A stretch of DNA of 64,000 nt from assembly GCA_950097015.1 (NCBI GenBank), contig CATNEN010000003.1, positions 9,734,001 to 9,798,000 on the forward strand. The letters are read 5' to 3'. Below the pieces are notes generated by a model that saw nothing but the letters and a program-made list of their open reading frames with translations, was not told the DNA's origin and ran no database searches. The stretch is from Macrostomum hystrix. Taxonomy: Eukaryota > Animalia > Platyhelminthes. The position numbers and the translations under genes are program-made. Positions 62,201 through 64,000 of the stretch are shown piece after piece (position 1 is the stretch's first letter; each line of letters starts with the position of its first letter).

Positions 62201-64000
62201 GCTTTATCCAGATGCTGGACTGTCAACTGCGGCCGGCACGCCCGAGCCTTCAAAACCGCTGGAAGCTGGGTCTCAACATCAGCAGCAGCAGCAGCAGCTT
62301 CAGGAGCAGCGCGAGGCATCCGGAAAATCGAGATCTCAGCAGCAGTGGGACTGGGTCGTCAAGCTGCGAGTCTCGCCCGATTCCGGAGCCAAGCAGACTG
62401 GTCGCCTGTTTCTGGCACTGTACGGCGATTCCGGTCACAGCAGAGACATCTGCCTGAACGCCGAGCAGAACGACGATCGCCAGAAGCAGCAGCTGGAGGA
62501 GGAGCAAGTGAAGAGGTCTCTACAGGAGCTGACGCCGGGTGCTGAGTGCGAGTTCCGCATGGTAACTGAGCCGCTCGGACGCCTGTGGAAGCTTCGCCTG
62601 TCTGTGCATCACCAGGACTCCTGGGACAATTTCAGCGTCAGCTCATTGCAGCTCTCTCGACTCGTCACAACAAAAGAAGGCGATGAGGAAGCAGCGGATA
62701 AGCAGGAATTCCATGTTGAGCTCAATGTTAAACTCGGGCGAACCTCAGACGCTGTGCTAGCTAAGGAGAAGCCACTAGAAGTAGACAGAACCCTGAAGCT
62801 GTATGAAATCGAAATGAAAGTTAGTCAAGTGTTCGGAGCGTCGAGTGACACCGAATTTTTTGTTGACGTCGGCGGCAGCAGCGGCAACTCTGGCAGGCGC
62901 TTCCTGTTGCACGATCGCGAACGCTCGCTTTGGTTCAGCGAGGGCGCACTTCGACGCTTCCAAATTGAGGCCGTGGACCTCGGCAGTCCCAAGGTGCTGT
63001 TCGTTGGGCATGACAAACCCGGACGAGCTGGAGTTGGTACCTGCTTTGATTGGGTGAGATATGAGCTTGTTCTTGTTTTAGCTAATCGCCACTATGGAAT
63101 AGGACGAGAAACTAAGTTTCTTAGAAAAAGTTAGTGAGGCCGGTTTTCCTGAAAATACATTAGGAAATCATAACTTTTTTCAAAACAAATTTAGTGACTG
63201 TTTTTGAATGGAGGCAGCCCAAAGTATAATTTTTGAGTTTCCTTATTTATAACTTCAATGATCTTTAGGCTTTATTAGTAAAATATCAATTTTATAATAA
63301 TTTTACAAACTTACAAACTCATCTTTCAGGTGTCGGTACGTGAATCGTCCGCCGAGACCAAACTGGTGTTCCCCTGCGGTCGCTGGTTCGATTCCGCCTT
63401 CGATCAAGTGTCTGTTGAGCGAGAGCTGTCAGCCTGCGAGACTGTACACGCCAGCGAGGGGGAGTTTGATTTCAACGGCGGCCAGGTGGTACTCACCCTG
63501 TGCAGCGATGCTTGCTCCGATCCTTATAAAGGACCTGTACATGTGAGTCTGTGGGATGGTTTTATAGCTACTCACCGGAATACGACCCGTCTGAGCGAAT
63601 ACGAATAAAAAATCTCACCTTAGCAACCATCGGAAATCCCAATAGAGAAACATACTGAAAAACCTCTCCTTGGCAACCATCGGAAATCCCAATAGAGAAA
63701 CATACTGAAAAACCTCTCCTTGGCAACCATCGGAAATCCCAATAGAGAAACATACTGAAAAACCTCTCCTTAGCAACCATCGGAAATCCCAACAGAGATA
63801 CCTACTCAAAATCTCTCCTTAGCAACCTGAAATCGCTCCCATCATTGGTCATCCAGGTGACAGCCGTCGGCGCCAAGGGCCAATCCGGCGGACTGACGCA
63901 GCCCAGCATCGAGATTCAACCAGGCGGCCTGGCGGAGTTCGCCGTCGACTTCAGCCAAGGCACCACCGGCCGAGTCCAGCTGCTTCGCCTGCAGTTGAGC
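41240..64000 (+). CDS. RP1-type tandem doublecortin + multiple PLAT/LH2 domain protein (RP1 long-form / LOXHD1-like); start unresolved, 3' end outside window
   Basis: Phase-consistent exons: 41240(or 41274)-41934, 42669-43086, 44739-44943, 45321-45505, 45587-45812, 47547-47722, 47808-47965, 48223-48446, 49497-49600, 51022-51423, 51678-51855, 52207-52526, 52757-53143, 53708-53930, 54243-54332, 54881-54937, 55230-55289, 55445-55507, 58534-58560, 60527-60783, 61639-61765, 61846-63053, 63330-63542, 63857->64000. DCX1 (FDALLTELT...GVRAVFTPRGR...YLCS) and DCX2 (VLLNKRMVQSFEQVL...VAGQEKFKP) are RP1-like; PLAT motifs (YRIEVHTGD...AGT...G..GDTG, GH.G.G...GWFLDKV, CNRWLD) recur at least 9 times. Confidence 0.85.
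42385..42635 (+). mobile_element. tRNA-derived SINE family 2 copy
   Basis: Head gagctcgattccgcggcgaggccac; body tgtacactgcctgacgatgagaaagtcagggcagatgtaca; homologous to 61218-61597. Confidence 0.85.
45870..46510. repeat. Intronic minisatellite, 14 bp unit (cactctccagcaak)
   Basis: About 45 copies, starting shortly after the donor at 45813. Confidence 0.95.
47000..47465. repeat. Intronic minisatellite, ~24 bp unit (gggatctaagtctgtctttgattt)
   Basis: About 19 copies. Confidence 0.93.
48503..48998. repeat. Intronic minisatellite, 56 bp unit
   Basis: ggctccgaggaggatgaggtggatggcagagggacagagagagaacaggggtttta, about 9 copies. Confidence 0.93.
49166..49378. repeat. Direct tandem duplication, 107-bp period, 2 copies
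   Basis: tcagagtttgctttttatc...gccttcgctaa starts at both 49166 and 49273. Confidence 0.9.
50520..50700 (-). mobile_element. Degenerate tRNA-derived SINE fragment (family 1-like)
   Basis: On the - strand: gggttcgaatctc B-box followed by ttcagttcaaccagctgtagcaatcggtaacc. Confidence 0.55.
51956..52105. repeat. 38 bp tandem repeat, ~4 copies
   Basis: atgtacattcggggaaggaggttgaggatgattcatca. Confidence 0.9.
53165..53580. repeat. 21 bp intronic minisatellite (gtggatttaggaatcaattaa / ...cgatgag)
   Basis: About 19 copies with alternating variants. Confidence 0.9.
56860..58290. repeat. 19/21 bp intronic minisatellite (acgctcatactttagtttaca)
   Basis: About 1.4 kb, roughly 70 copies. Confidence 0.95.
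59590..60030. mobile_element. Clustered SINE fragments (family 1 pieces flanking a family 2 fragment at 59733-59868)
   Basis: Homology to the 35509 and 61218 copies. Confidence 0.7.
61218..61597 (-). mobile_element. tRNA-derived SINE family 2, apparently full length (~380 bp)
   Basis: On the - strand: head gggcgtcagtggcagagcggttaacgcg...gagctcgattccgc, structured body, and (TTA/TTG)n tail. Confidence 0.85.
63612..63828. repeat. 50 bp intronic tandem repeat, ~4 copies
   Basis: ggcaaccatcggaaatcccaatagagaaacatactgaaaaacctctcctt. Confidence 0.9.

Overview
Eukaryotic (metazoan) genomic DNA with AT-rich introns, GC-richer exons and GT-AG splicing. The style (a different minisatellite in most introns, polyQ/polyA exon tracts) resembles a free-living flatworm such as Macrostomum; this is inference only. 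Five spliced genes were reconstructed by hand with phase-consistent splice sites: (1) the 3' WD40 part of PIK3R4/VPS15 (+, <1-6223); (2) a GKAP1 homologue (+, 12914-14805); (3) an NR1J/HR96-like nuclear receptor (-, 21693-27160); (4) a C8orf74-like CLAMP-family gene (-, 34479-37649); (5) a very large RP1-type gene with two doublecortin domains, at least 9 PLAT domains, a beta-trefoil-like region and a phase-1 micro-exon cassette (+, ~41240 to >64000). Mobile DNA: a young Mag-like Ty3/gypsy LTR element (7229-11260; 321-bp LTRs, AATAC TSD, tRNA-Ser PBS) with an in-frame RT/RNase H deletion, two Mutator-type TIR elements with 9-bp TSDs, an old fold-back element, a DD34D mariner relic and two tRNA-derived SINE families. 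About 20 tandem-repeat arrays are present. No prokaryote-type system (CRISPR etc.) was seen. Homology calls are from recalled motifs, not database searches.
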